This document shows, piece after piece, positions 18,421 to 27,924 of a stretch of DNA of 42,773 nt. Positions within the stretch are counted from its first letter, which is position 1. The number at the start of each line of letters is the position of its first letter. Under the pieces are notes generated by a model. It ran no database searches and had not been told where the DNA came from. It saw only the letters and a list, made by a program, of their open reading frames with translations. The DNA is from a virus. Position numbers and translations under genes: made by a program. The stretch lies in the UHGV virus genome UHGV-0008253; one strand, 5' to 3'.

Positions 18421-19116
18421 ATGAATTTATTTGAGCGTTTGCTGTATAGCCGTCTTTGCAATGAGCAACCAGTCGATGGTGGAGCAGCTCCGGCTGCGTC
18501 AGAACCGTCAGCGCCTGCAGGTGATAACCCTGCTCCAGTTGGTGATCCATCACAACAGGAAGGTGATAAGCCACAACCTGTTGCTGATGGCGATAAACCT
18601 GCTGATGACAAAAAGCCTGAAAACGATAAGCAGGATGAAAAAAAGGACGGCGATAAACCAGAGGGTGCGCCTGAGAAGTACGAGTTTCAGGCTGCCGAAG
18701 GCGTAGAGCTGGATACAGAAGCGTTGAAGGAATTCGAGCCGGTGGCGCGAGAACTTAACCTGACCAACGAGCAAGCGCAAAAGCTGGTTGATGCTTATCC
18801 GAAGATTCTGGCAGGTGTTCAGCAGCGCCAGGCAGAAGCCTGGCAGAAAACAACCGAGCAGTGGGCTGCTGATGTAAAAGCTGACAAAGAAATCGGTGGC
18901 GACAAGTTGATTTCTAACCTTAGCGCCGCACAGCGTGCGCTTGACCAGTTCGGGACACCTGAGCTCAAAGAATATCTGAACACCACCGGACTGGGTAATC
19001 ACCCTGATCTGGTCAAAACGTTCGTGAAAATCGGAAAGGCGATGTCTGAGGATGGCATGGTCACCGGTGGTAATGAAGGCCAGCGTAGTGCGGCCGAAGT
19101 GCTCTATGGCAAATAA
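18421..19116 (+). CDS. scaffolding protein
   Basis: acidic, Lys/Asp/Pro repeat-rich, immediately upstream of major capsid gene; ATG 18421 after AGGAG. Confidence 0.6.
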   Translation: MNLFERLLYSRLCNEQPVDGGAAPAASEPSAPAGDNPAPVGDPSQQEGDKPQPVADGDKPADDKKPENDKQDEKKDGDKPEGAPEKYEFQAAEGVELDTEALKEFEPVARELNLTNEQAQKLVDAYPKILAGVQQRQAEAWQKTTEQWAADVKADKEIGGDKLISNLSAAQRALDQFGTPELKEYLNTTGLGNHPDLVKTFVKIGKAMSEDGMVTGGNEGQRSAAEVLYGK

Positions 19117-19130
19117 GAGAGGAAATAACA

Positions 19131-20117
19131 ATGGCTGTTAAAGGCTTAACTGCGCTAACGCTGGCTGACTGGGGTAAGCGCGTCGATAAAGATGGGAAAG
19201 TCGATAAGATTATCGAGCTTCTCGGTCAAACTAACCCGATCCTTCAGGATATGCCTTTTGTCGAAGGGAACCTTCCTACCGGACACAAAACCACCATTCG
19301 TTCTGGTTTACCTTCAGCTACCTGGCGTTTGTTGAACTATGGTGTACAACCAAGCAAATCAACCACAGTGCAGGTCACCGATTCCATTGGTATGTTGGAA
19401 ACCTATGCTGAAGTCGATAAGTCACTGGCTGATCTGAACGGCAATACCGCCGAATTCCGCCTGTCTGAAGACCGCGCATTTATTGAAGCGATGAATCAGC
19501 AGATGGCGCAGACGCTGTTTTATGGTGATTCCAGCGTTAACCCTCAGCAGTTTATGGGACTGTCCTCCCGCTATTCCAGCCTGTCTGCGGGTAATGCTCA
19601 GAACATCATTGATGCTGGTGGCACGGGTACAGATAACACCTCAATCTGGTTAGTGGTGTGGGGCGAAAACACCGTGCATGGCATCTTCCCGAAAGGGCAG
19701 AAGGCTGGCATCCAGATGGAAGATAAAGGCCAGGTGACACTGGAAGATGCTAATGGCGGCAAGTACGAAGGCTATCGTACCCATTACAAATGGGATAACG
19801 GACTTTCTCTGCGTGACTGGCGTTATGTTGTTCGCATTGCAAACATCGATGTCAGCAATCTTTCAGAACCTTCCTCTGCCGCAAATATTGCGAAGTTGAT
19901 GGTTAAAGCACTGCATCGCATTCCAAATCGTGGCATGGGTCGCCCGGTGTTCTACATGAACCGCACTGTAGGCCAGGCTCTTGATCTGCAATCTCTGGAG
20001 AAAACATCTCTGGCGATCAGCGTAAAAGAGACAGAAGGCGAGTGGTGGACTTCATTCCGTGGTGTACCAATCCGTGAAACTGATGCGCTTCTGGAAACAG
20101 AAGCCCGCGTGGTGTAA
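19131..20117 (+). CDS. major capsid protein
   Basis: 328 aa, strong SD, position after scaffold, followed by stable hairpin. Confidence 0.7.
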   Translation: MAVKGLTALTLADWGKRVDKDGKVDKIIELLGQTNPILQDMPFVEGNLPTGHKTTIRSGLPSATWRLLNYGVQPSKSTTVQVTDSIGMLETYAEVDKSLADLNGNTAEFRLSEDRAFIEAMNQQMAQTLFYGDSSVNPQQFMGLSSRYSSLSAGNAQNIIDAGGTGTDNTSIWLVVWGENTVHGIFPKGQKAGIQMEDKGQVTLEDANGGKYEGYRTHYKWDNGLSLRDWRYVVRIANIDVSNLSEPSSAANIAKLMVKALHRIPNRGMGRPVFYMNRTVGQALDLQSLEKTSLAISVKETEGEWWTSFRGVPIRETDALLETEARVV

Positions 20118-20133
20118 CGCCTGTTATTAACCT

Positions 20134-20153
20134 GTGGGTCGTAACAGACCCAC
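20134..20153 (+). promoter_or_regulatory. stable hairpin after capsid gene (gtgggtc-gtaaca-gacccac), possible attenuator/RNA stability element
   Basis: 7-bp GC-rich stem read directly; no U-tract so not a classic terminator. Confidence 0.4.
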
Positions 20154-20168
20154 TAATGGAGAAAGAAG

Positions 20169-20606
20169 ATGATCACCGACAAACTGTTGATGTTCTCCGA
20201 AGCTCAGGCGGTTACGAATACCGCGGCTTCTACTGACGTAATCGATCTCGGTCCAATTGATGGAAACCGTCGCGATATCGGTGTGGGTTACCCGCTTGAG
20301 TTTTGGGTGCTGGTTAACGAAGCCGCCACGGCAAGTGGTGAGGCAACTGTAAACATCCAGTTGCAGACGAGTGAGAATAACAGCTCTTGGGCCACTATTT
20401 ATGATAGTGGTGCGTTGGCAAAGGCCACCCTGACAGCAGGTAAGCGAGTTGTTTCTGCAAAGGTGCCTGCCGGTGTTCAGCGATATCTGCGTGTTAACTA
20501 CTCCGTCGCAACTGGCCCACTAACGGCTGGCGAATTCACTGCTGGTATCAGTCTTGATGTTGATGCCAATACGCCGTATCCGATCCGCTCAAAAGTAACT
20601 GGTTAA
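20169..20606 (+). CDS. hypothetical virion protein
   Basis: ORF in structural block. Confidence 0.45.
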   Translation: MITDKLLMFSEAQAVTNTAASTDVIDLGPIDGNRRDIGVGYPLEFWVLVNEAATASGEATVNIQLQTSENNSSWATIYDSGALAKATLTAGKRVVSAKVPAGVQRYLRVNYSVATGPLTAGEFTAGISLDVDANTPYPIRSKVTG

Positions 20607-20607
20607 G

Positions 20608-20952
20608 GTGATATCGATGTCAGGTGAGAAACCAAGATACCGCGTTCTGCGCCTCTCTCATATCCATAACACTCTGTGGCCGGAGGGGGCAGAAATCGAA
20701 TACGAAGGTGAGCCTGGTAGCGCACTGGAACCTGTTAACGATGCAGCCAGACAGGCAAAAGCAAAAGTTGCAGGAAAGGTGTCAATGGCAGCAACCAGCA
20801 CCAAAATCATCAACGACGTGTCAGATGATGGTGAACTGGATAAGCTCCGTGAAGAGTACGAATTGCTCTTTAACGAGAAGCCACACCATAACGCCAAAGC
20901 CGAAACGCTCCGCGAGAAGATCGCAGATAAGCGTAAAGAACTTGGCGTGTAA
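20608..20952 (+). CDS. hypothetical virion protein (possible capsid accessory protein)
   Basis: ORF in structural block. Confidence 0.45.
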   Translation: MISMSGEKPRYRVLRLSHIHNTLWPEGAEIEYEGEPGSALEPVNDAARQAKAKVAGKVSMAATSTKIINDVSDDGELDKLREEYELLFNEKPHHNAKAETLREKIADKRKELGV

Positions 20953-20968
20953 GCCTCGCGGATCAGAC

Positions 20969-20990
20969 AAGGGGCTTCGGCCCCTTTATT
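20969..20990 (+). terminator. hairpin with UUCG tetraloop and short U-tract
   Basis: ggggc-ttcg-gcccc followed by tttatt. Confidence 0.45.
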
Positions 20991-21002
20991 GCAGGAGTGT
21001 AT

Positions 21003-21326
21003 ATGGAACTCGTAAACCTCAAAACCGGCACTGACAGCTACCAGGATGAGAGCGGAGAAACCAGAACTCGCGATGAATACCCGTGGGGGCTGTGCATCAC
21101 TCTTAATAACGACACATTGAATAAGCTGAAGGCGCAACCTCAGGGCGTCGGAACAGAAGTGATGATAACTGCAAAGGCTGTTATTCGAGGCCTGTCTGCC
21201 AGAGAAACTGACGATGGTGTTAATCGCAGCGCCGATCTGCAGATCACTGATATGGCGATCGCTCCTGTTTCCGGGGATGTAGAAAAATCAGCGGCTGAAA
21301 CTCTGTACGGTAACGGAGGTGAGTGA
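21003..21326 (+). CDS. hypothetical virion protein
   Basis: ATG 21003 after GCAGGAG. Confidence 0.45.
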   Translation: MELVNLKTGTDSYQDESGETRTRDEYPWGLCITLNNDTLNKLKAQPQGVGTEVMITAKAVIRGLSARETDDGVNRSADLQITDMAIAPVSGDVEKSAAETLYGNGGE

Positions 21327-21931
21327 TGGCCTCTGTAGTAGAGATCTGTAATCGTGCGCTGTCCAATATTGGCAACAGCCGCAGCATTAACAGCCTGACG
21401 GAAGCCAGCAAGGAAGCGGGGGAATGTTCGCTGCACTTTGAGGCCTGTCGTGATGCTGTGCTTTCTGATTTTGACTGGAACTTTGCTACCAAACGCGTGG
21501 CGCTTGCAGATACGAGCAATCCACCGCCTGACTGGGAATATGCGTACCAGTACCCGTCAGATTGTCTGCGCATTACTGAAATTATGCTTCCTGGTGTACG
21601 CAATCCAACAGCAGCAATGCGCGTTCAGTACGAAGTTGGTGCAGACACCAACGGAACAGGAAAGTTGATCTACACAGACCAGCCTCAGGCATGGCTCAAG
21701 TATGTCTCTCGCGTTACAGATGTGAACATGTTTGATGCCATTTTTATGGAGGCGTTGGCCTGGCGTCTTGCGGCAGCTATTAACATGGCGCTGACTGGGA
21801 ATGCAGACCTCGGTACGTTTGCCCTCAATATGTACAATCGCGTGATTCTTAGTGCTGGCTCGCATAGCCAGAATGAATCACAGGAACCACAGCCACCGGT
21901 TGATGAGTTTACCATTGCGAGGTTGTCCTGA
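21326..21931 (+). CDS. tail adaptor / tail tubular protein A-like
   Basis: N-terminal EICNRALSNIGNSRSINSL pattern resembles T7 gp11-type adaptors (recall-based); followed by large nozzle-like protein. Confidence 0.5.
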   Translation: MASVVEICNRALSNIGNSRSINSLTEASKEAGECSLHFEACRDAVLSDFDWNFATKRVALADTSNPPPDWEYAYQYPSDCLRITEIMLPGVRNPTAAMRVQYEVGADTNGTGKLIYTDQPQAWLKYVSRVTDVNMFDAIFMEALAWRLAAAINMALTGNADLGTFALNMYNRVILSAGSHSQNESQEPQPPVDEFTIARLS

Positions 21932-24402
21932 TGGCTATCAGTTGGATCCAGCCCAGCTTTGCCGGTGGTGAGATTGGACCGTCGTTGTACGGGCGTATTG
22001 ACATGGCGAAGTACCAGGTAGCATTGCGCAAGTGCGATAACTTTATCGTGCGGCAGTATGGCGGCGTTGAGAATCGACCTGGTACGCGTTTTGTCGGTGC
22101 CGCCAAATACCCAAATCGGAAATGCCGCCTGATCCCGTTCCAATTCTCGACGGTTCAGACTTATGCTCTGGAGTTCGGACACCAGTACATGCGCGTTATC
22201 AAAGATGGTGCGTTGGTGCTGAACAGCAGCAATGTTATTTATGAAATTGCCACGCCATATACTGAAGCCGATCTGTTCCGAATTAAATTCACGCAAAGCG
22301 CCGACGTGCTTACGCTGGTTCACCCGGCATACCCGCCGAAAGAGCTGCGCCGCTATGCGCATGACAACTGGCAACTGGTTGATGTGGTAACGAAGAACGG
22401 GCCATTTGAAGATATCAATATTGATGAGTCAGTGACGGTTTATGCCAGCGCCAGCACCGGGACAATTACGTTAACGGCAAGCGCCTCTATTTTTGGCGCG
22501 GAGCAGGTAGGCAAATTGTTCTATCTGGAACAGCCTGCAGTGGATTCTGTGCCGGTATGGGAAACCAGTAAGAGTACGTCGATTGGCGATATTCGCCGTG
22601 CAGACAGTAACTACTATCGCGCCGTTACAGCAGGCAAAACAGGCACTTTGCGCCCTTCGCATACAGAAGGCACATCATGGGATGGCTGGGGCGGATCCGG
22701 TGATGATGATACTGGCATTGAGTGGGAGTATCTGCACAGTGGTTTTGGCATTGCCCGTATAACTGCTGTAAATGGCACTACTGCAACTGCTGAGGTGATT
22801 TCCTATATCCCTTCGCAGGTCGTTGGCGAGGATAATGCCAGCTATAAATGGGCTAAATATGCCTGGAACAGTGTTAACGGTTATCCTGGCACGGTTGTTT
22901 ATTATCAACAACGTCTTTACTTCGCCGCATCGACAGCGTTCCCTCAGACTATCTGGGCCAGCCGTACTGGGGATTATAAGGATTTTGGCAAAAGCAATCC
23001 TACGCAGGATGACGACAGAATTATCTACACCTATGCCGGGCGTCAGGTTAATGAGATCCGCCACCTGATTGATGTCGGTTCGCTGGTGGCACTGACTTCC
23101 GGAGGTGAGTACGTCATCACCGGCGACCAGAACAAAGTATTAACTCCATCATCATTTGCATTCAGCTCTCAGGGATCAAATGGTTCGAGCAATGTCCCAC
23201 CAATTGCCGTGGCGAATATTGCTCTGTTCGTCCAGGAGAAAGGCAGTGTTGTCCGTGATCTGGCCTACTCATTCGATGTTGACGGCTATCAGGGGAACGA
23301 CCTTACTATCCTTGCCAATCATCTTTTTCAGAAGCACAGCATTGTTGACTGGTGCTTCTCTATTGTCCCTTACTCCAGCGCCTTCTGCATTCGTGATGAC
23401 GGTAAATTACTGGTGATGACCTATTTGCGTGATCAACAGGTTTTTGCATGGGCACCACAGTCCAGTACCGGAAAATATGAAAGCACATGCAGTATCAGCG
23501 AAGGCAATGAAGATGCGGTGTATTTCGTCATTAACCGAACCGTTAACGGGCAAACAGTGAGATACATCGAGCGACTGTCCAGCCGTTTATTTACCAGCGA
23601 TGAAGATGCTTTCTTTGTTGATTCTGGCCTTAGCTATGATGGAAGAAATACGTCTGACAGAACGATGACCATCACTGGTGGTTCTGGTGAATGGGATTAC
23701 CGTGCGGAATATACAATCAGTGTTTCTGGTGGTGCGTACTTCACCAGTAGTGATGTCGGCGCGCAACTACAGTTCCCTTATACCGGAACTGATCCTGATA
23801 CTGGCGATGAAGTGTCAAAAGAATTACGTTGCGACATTATTTCTGTAACCAGCAATACCGCTGTAGTGGTTCGTGCTAACAGGAACGTCCCGCCATCCCT
23901 CAGGAATGTGGCCACCACGAACTGGCAGATGGCGCGCCGGACATTTGGAGGCCTGTCTCATCTTGAAGGCCAGACCGTAAACATTCTCTCTGATGCGAAC
24001 GTGGAACCACAGAAAGTGGTTTCCGGAGGTGCCGTCACGCTGGAATCTCCGGGGGCTGTAGTGCACATCGGCCTGCCAATAACTGCTGAATTCGAAACAC
24101 TGGATATCAACATTAACGGACAGGAAACGCTGCTGGACAAAAAACAGGTGATCCCCTCCGTTACTCTGGTTGTGAATGCCAGTCGCGGCATCTGGGCGAC
24201 TACGCCCGGCGGTAAATGGTACGAATATCCACAGCGTGAATTCGAGTTCTACGATGATCCTGTTGATGATGCTACCGGAAAAGTAGAAGTGAAACTGGAC
24301 AGTAACTGGGGCAAAAACGGACGTGTAAAAATCCGTCAGCTTGATCCGTTGCCGCTGTCTGTTCTTGCCGTTATTCCTCGCCTTACTGTTGGGGGATTCT
24401 GA
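21931..24402 (+). CDS. tail nozzle / tail tubular protein B-like
   Basis: 823 aa directly after adaptor-like gene; assignment by size and position. Confidence 0.5.
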   Translation: MAISWIQPSFAGGEIGPSLYGRIDMAKYQVALRKCDNFIVRQYGGVENRPGTRFVGAAKYPNRKCRLIPFQFSTVQTYALEFGHQYMRVIKDGALVLNSSNVIYEIATPYTEADLFRIKFTQSADVLTLVHPAYPPKELRRYAHDNWQLVDVVTKNGPFEDINIDESVTVYASASTGTITLTASASIFGAEQVGKLFYLEQPAVDSVPVWETSKSTSIGDIRRADSNYYRAVTAGKTGTLRPSHTEGTSWDGWGGSGDDDTGIEWEYLHSGFGIARITAVNGTTATAEVISYIPSQVVGEDNASYKWAKYAWNSVNGYPGTVVYYQQRLYFAASTAFPQTIWASRTGDYKDFGKSNPTQDDDRIIYTYAGRQVNEIRHLIDVGSLVALTSGGEYVITGDQNKVLTPSSFAFSSQGSNGSSNVPPIAVANIALFVQEKGSVVRDLAYSFDVDGYQGNDLTILANHLFQKHSIVDWCFSIVPYSSAFCIRDDGKLLVMTYLRDQQVFAWAPQSSTGKYESTCSISEGNEDAVYFVINRTVNGQTVRYIERLSSRLFTSDEDAFFVDSGLSYDGRNTSDRTMTITGGSGEWDYRAEYTISVSGGAYFTSSDVGAQLQFPYTGTDPDTGDEVSKELRCDIISVTSNTAVVVRANRNVPPSLRNVATTNWQMARRTFGGLSHLEGQTVNILSDANVEPQKVVSGGAVTLESPGAVVHIGLPITAEFETLDININGQETLLDKKQVIPSVTLVVNASRGIWATTPGGKWYEYPQREFEFYDDPVDDATGKVEVKLDSNWGKNGRVKIRQLDPLPLSVLAVIPRLTVGGF

Positions 24403-24866
24403 TGATCGATGTTCAAATTATTCCCGCAACCGAAGAGCATCTTCAGATGATTTTGCCGGATGTTCGTCAGGCTGATATTGACGAACTGTATGCGGTATCA
24501 CTGATGACTACCGAAGATGCGCTGCGTGTTGGTCTGCGTACTGCGACTATGGCCTGGTCAGGGTTCGCGAACGGAGAACTGGTAACCATGTTTGGCGTAT
24601 CTCCGGCGTCAATGATCGGTGGCAATGGTACGCCCTGGCTGGTCGGGACCAGCCGTATTGAAAAATATCAGAAGACATTTCTGCGCCACTGCCGCCCTGT
24701 ATTGCAGCAGATGCTGGCAGTTTATCCGCGCCTGGAAAACTACGTCGACGAGCGAAACCATGTTGCCAAAGCATGGCTGCACTGGCTTGGATTCAGGCTT
24801 GAAGAAGCCGCGCCTTATGGTGCTCTTGGTCTTAATTTCCACAGATTTCACATGGAGAGAAAATAA
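24402..24866 (+). CDS. hypothetical virion protein
   Basis: coupled ORF. Confidence 0.4.
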   Translation: MIDVQIIPATEEHLQMILPDVRQADIDELYAVSLMTTEDALRVGLRTATMAWSGFANGELVTMFGVSPASMIGGNGTPWLVGTSRIEKYQKTFLRHCRPVLQQMLAVYPRLENYVDERNHVAKAWLHWLGFRLEEAAPYGALGLNFHRFHMERK

Positions 24867-25411
24867 TGTGCGATCCGGTTATTGCTGGTGGCGCAATGCT
24901 CGCCATGAGTGGCATTCAGGCATACACCCAGTACCAACAGGGAAAGTATGCCTCGAAGGTTGCAGAAGCGAACGCAGATATAGCCACAGCTCAGGCAAAT
25001 GATGCAATAAACAGAGGTAACGCTGAAGCTGAGCAACGGCGCAGAGAGACCCGACAGCGGCTTGGTACACAGGCGGCGACAATGGGGGCTACCGGCGCTG
25101 ATTTATCTACAGGTAACGCGCTGGATATATTTGGCGACACTGCCCAGTTTGGCGCTCTTGATTCTCTGACGACGGTGAATAACGCGCAACGCGAGGCTTA
25201 CGGTTATCAGGTTCAGGCTGCCAACTATAAAGCAGAAGCCAGTTCAGCCCGTAAACAGGGGAATGTGGGAGCAGCAACAACATTGCTCACTGCGCCTCTG
25301 AAGGCATACGGTGCGTACCAGATGTTTGGTGGGACGTGGAGTCCGTTTACTCAAAGCACCCCTGCGCCAATCGGGGCAGCAGCAGGAACCAGATTACCCG
25401 GAGGATTATAA
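24866..25411 (+). CDS. internal virion protein candidate (Ala/Gln-rich)
   Basis: position before two large core-like proteins. Confidence 0.4.
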   Translation: MCDPVIAGGAMLAMSGIQAYTQYQQGKYASKVAEANADIATAQANDAINRGNAEAEQRRRETRQRLGTQAATMGATGADLSTGNALDIFGDTAQFGALDSLTTVNNAQREAYGYQVQAANYKAEASSARKQGNVGAATTLLTAPLKAYGAYQMFGGTWSPFTQSTPAPIGAAAGTRLPGGL

Positions 25412-27924
25412 TGCCAGTCGTACCAACAGTATCCGGCCGTCAGGTTCAGAGCCGTGGAGTTCAGTCAGCAGGCTTGCAGACGTTTTCTCAGCCAGGTATT
25501 GGTGATGCTTTTGTTCGGGCAGGGACAGAGGCAATTGATGTTTTGGGGCAGGCAAAACAGCGTGCCAATATCGCTCTGGCTCAGGAGGCATCTCTTAACC
25601 TCAGTCAGATAAGCAGTGATCTGCTGAATAATCCTGAAACAGGATTGCTTAACCTGAAAGGGAAAAATGCTATTGGAAAAGGTCAGGAGTATACGCAGCA
25701 GTTTGATGCTCAGGTCGAACAACTGGCTATGTCGCTGCCGGATGAACAGGCTCGTAATGCTTTCATGCAGCAGGCGCAGCAGCAGCGCATTCAGTTCACT
25801 ACGCAGGCCGGGCGGCACGAGATAGGGCAAATAAATGCCTACGAAGAAGGCCAGTTTCAGGCTACGCTGCTGAACAATGGTAAAAATGCCGCAGCATTGT
25901 ATGGCGACAACGCCGCATACGTATTGGCTAATAAGCAAACTTTCCAGCAAATTGAGGATTACGGCATTGCACATGGCTGGAGTGACGAGCAAATCCAGGC
26001 CAAGAAAATCGAGTTTAAAGAGAAGGTTGCTGATGCTGCATTGTCCCAGTGGTCGGCAAACAATGCGACCGCATTCATCCAAAGTAATGGCGAGTTAAGT
26101 GATACTGCTGCTGGAGCTCGCCGTGCTGTAGCAGATAGTGACTCTTCCGAGCGTGCCCGTGGCATACGCAACAATAACCCAGGAAATCTCGAATACAGCA
26201 AAACTAATCCGTGGGTAGGCCAGACCGGTGATGATGGTCGATTTGCTAAATTCGAAACACCTGAACACGGGATTCGTGCATTAGGGCGGAACCTGATGTC
26301 GTATCAGAGGCAGGGTATTGATACCGTCAGCGAGATAATTAATCGCTGGGCACCGCCTACTGATAAAAATGACACTATGTCGTATATCAAAGCAGTGTGC
26401 GAACAACTTGGCGTTTCTGCTGATGAGCCTCTCGATGCATCTAATCCTGATACCCTGAAGGCGCTTTGTGCAGCCATTATCCATCATGAGAACGGTAGCC
26501 AGCCATACAGTGATCAGCAGTTAACTGCTGGTGTCAGTGCAGCACTTGGTTTATCAACAATTCCAACCAACACCAAACGCTATACCGGTAATGCAGCATT
26601 CGATGCGGCATCTCCTGAGGCGCAGGCAAGTTTTATGCGACAGGCGGATCAACTGCGTCGGCAGCAGCAGGCTGAATATAAAACGATGATTGACAGCCAG
26701 GTTCGCGATGCGACAGCTGCGTATATGCGTGGCGTTGAATTTCCTAACCCACCTGGTGAGGCTGATTTTATTGCAGCTTATGGAGTAAGAGAAGGAAACC
26801 TGCGATATACCGAGTTCAGAAATACGCAAATCGCCGGACAGTATATAGGCTCTTTCCGCAATATGCCGACAAGCAGCATTACAGCATATGTTGAGCAATT
26901 ACGCCCGGATACTGGTGAGACAGGGGAGGGTTATGCGGCACGAGCCGCTCTTTATGACAACGTTGTGTCGGCTGCAAGTCAGGTGATAAAGCAGCGACAG
27001 GCTGATCCTGTACAGTTCTCTCTTGCCGCCGGACAGGCAAAGCCTATCGACATGAGCAATAAGGATAACTTTGGACAGAGCGTTGCCTTGCGTGCTGCTC
27101 AGGTCAGTGACCTTGCTAAGTCATATGGCACTCCACTGACGTTCTTTTCCAAAGACGAGGCCAATCAGATCGGTGTTTTCTTTCGTGATGCGCCCGTTTC
27201 CCAACAGGCAGCATATCTCGATACCATCAGGCAGAGCACTGGTGGTGGGCAGGTGTATATGTCAGCACTACAGCAGATCAGTGCCAACGCTCCATCTGCT
27301 GCCGTTGCCGGGATACTGATGGATAAGCCAGGTGGTATTTTGGCAGAAAAAAACTGGTTTAATCCGGATGTTTCCGTGTCTCCAGAAACCGCTGCGCAGA
27401 CAATTCTTGCTGGCGCGGCGGCTCGTAAAGGTACTGATGACGCGAAAGGTATTCCGATGCCTAAAGATGCTGATCTTCGCCTTGAGTTTTCTGACATGGT
27501 GAAGAATGCATTTGCTGGTGATGCTCAGGGGGCATCAATGGCATACGAGATCGCAAAGGACTATTACGCTGGTGTGATGGCGAAAAAAGGCGTGGTATCA
27601 GGCGAAATTGACAATGATATCTGGAAACAGGCTGTTAACGTAGCTACAGGTGGCGTGCATGACTATAACGGAATGGGGAATGTTCTTTTGCCGTGGGGAA
27701 TGTCTGCAGAGCAATTCGATAAGCAGGTTAATCAGGCTTGGAATGAACAAGTTGTTGGCACAGGGATAAAAACACCGCCTGGTCAGTATGGTTTGCAAAG
27801 TTACGGCGATAGTCAGTACCTGGTGAAACTTGGTACTGGTTATCTGCTAAAAGATGATGGTTCTCCCGTTGTTCTTGATCTGACACAGAAGCGTCAGAGA
27901 TTCTCCGGAGATATTCCGCAATGA
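25411..27924 (+). CDS. large internal virion/ejection protein
   Basis: 837 aa from ATG 25411 (GGAGG SD, TAATG coupling); assignment by size and position. Confidence 0.5.
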   Translation: MPVVPTVSGRQVQSRGVQSAGLQTFSQPGIGDAFVRAGTEAIDVLGQAKQRANIALAQEASLNLSQISSDLLNNPETGLLNLKGKNAIGKGQEYTQQFDAQVEQLAMSLPDEQARNAFMQQAQQQRIQFTTQAGRHEIGQINAYEEGQFQATLLNNGKNAAALYGDNAAYVLANKQTFQQIEDYGIAHGWSDEQIQAKKIEFKEKVADAALSQWSANNATAFIQSNGELSDTAAGARRAVADSDSSERARGIRNNNPGNLEYSKTNPWVGQTGDDGRFAKFETPEHGIRALGRNLMSYQRQGIDTVSEIINRWAPPTDKNDTMSYIKAVCEQLGVSADEPLDASNPDTLKALCAAIIHHENGSQPYSDQQLTAGVSAALGLSTIPTNTKRYTGNAAFDAASPEAQASFMRQADQLRRQQQAEYKTMIDSQVRDATAAYMRGVEFPNPPGEADFIAAYGVREGNLRYTEFRNTQIAGQYIGSFRNMPTSSITAYVEQLRPDTGETGEGYAARAALYDNVVSAASQVIKQRQADPVQFSLAAGQAKPIDMSNKDNFGQSVALRAAQVSDLAKSYGTPLTFFSKDEANQIGVFFRDAPVSQQAAYLDTIRQSTGGGQVYMSALQQISANAPSAAVAGILMDKPGGILAEKNWFNPDVSVSPETAAQTILAGAAARKGTDDAKGIPMPKDADLRLEFSDMVKNAFAGDAQGASMAYEIAKDYYAGVMAKKGVVSGEIDNDIWKQAVNVATGGVHDYNGMGNVLLPWGMSAEQFDKQVNQAWNEQVVGTGIKTPPGQYGLQSYGDSQYLVKLGTGYLLKDDGSPVVLDLTQKRQRFSGDIPQ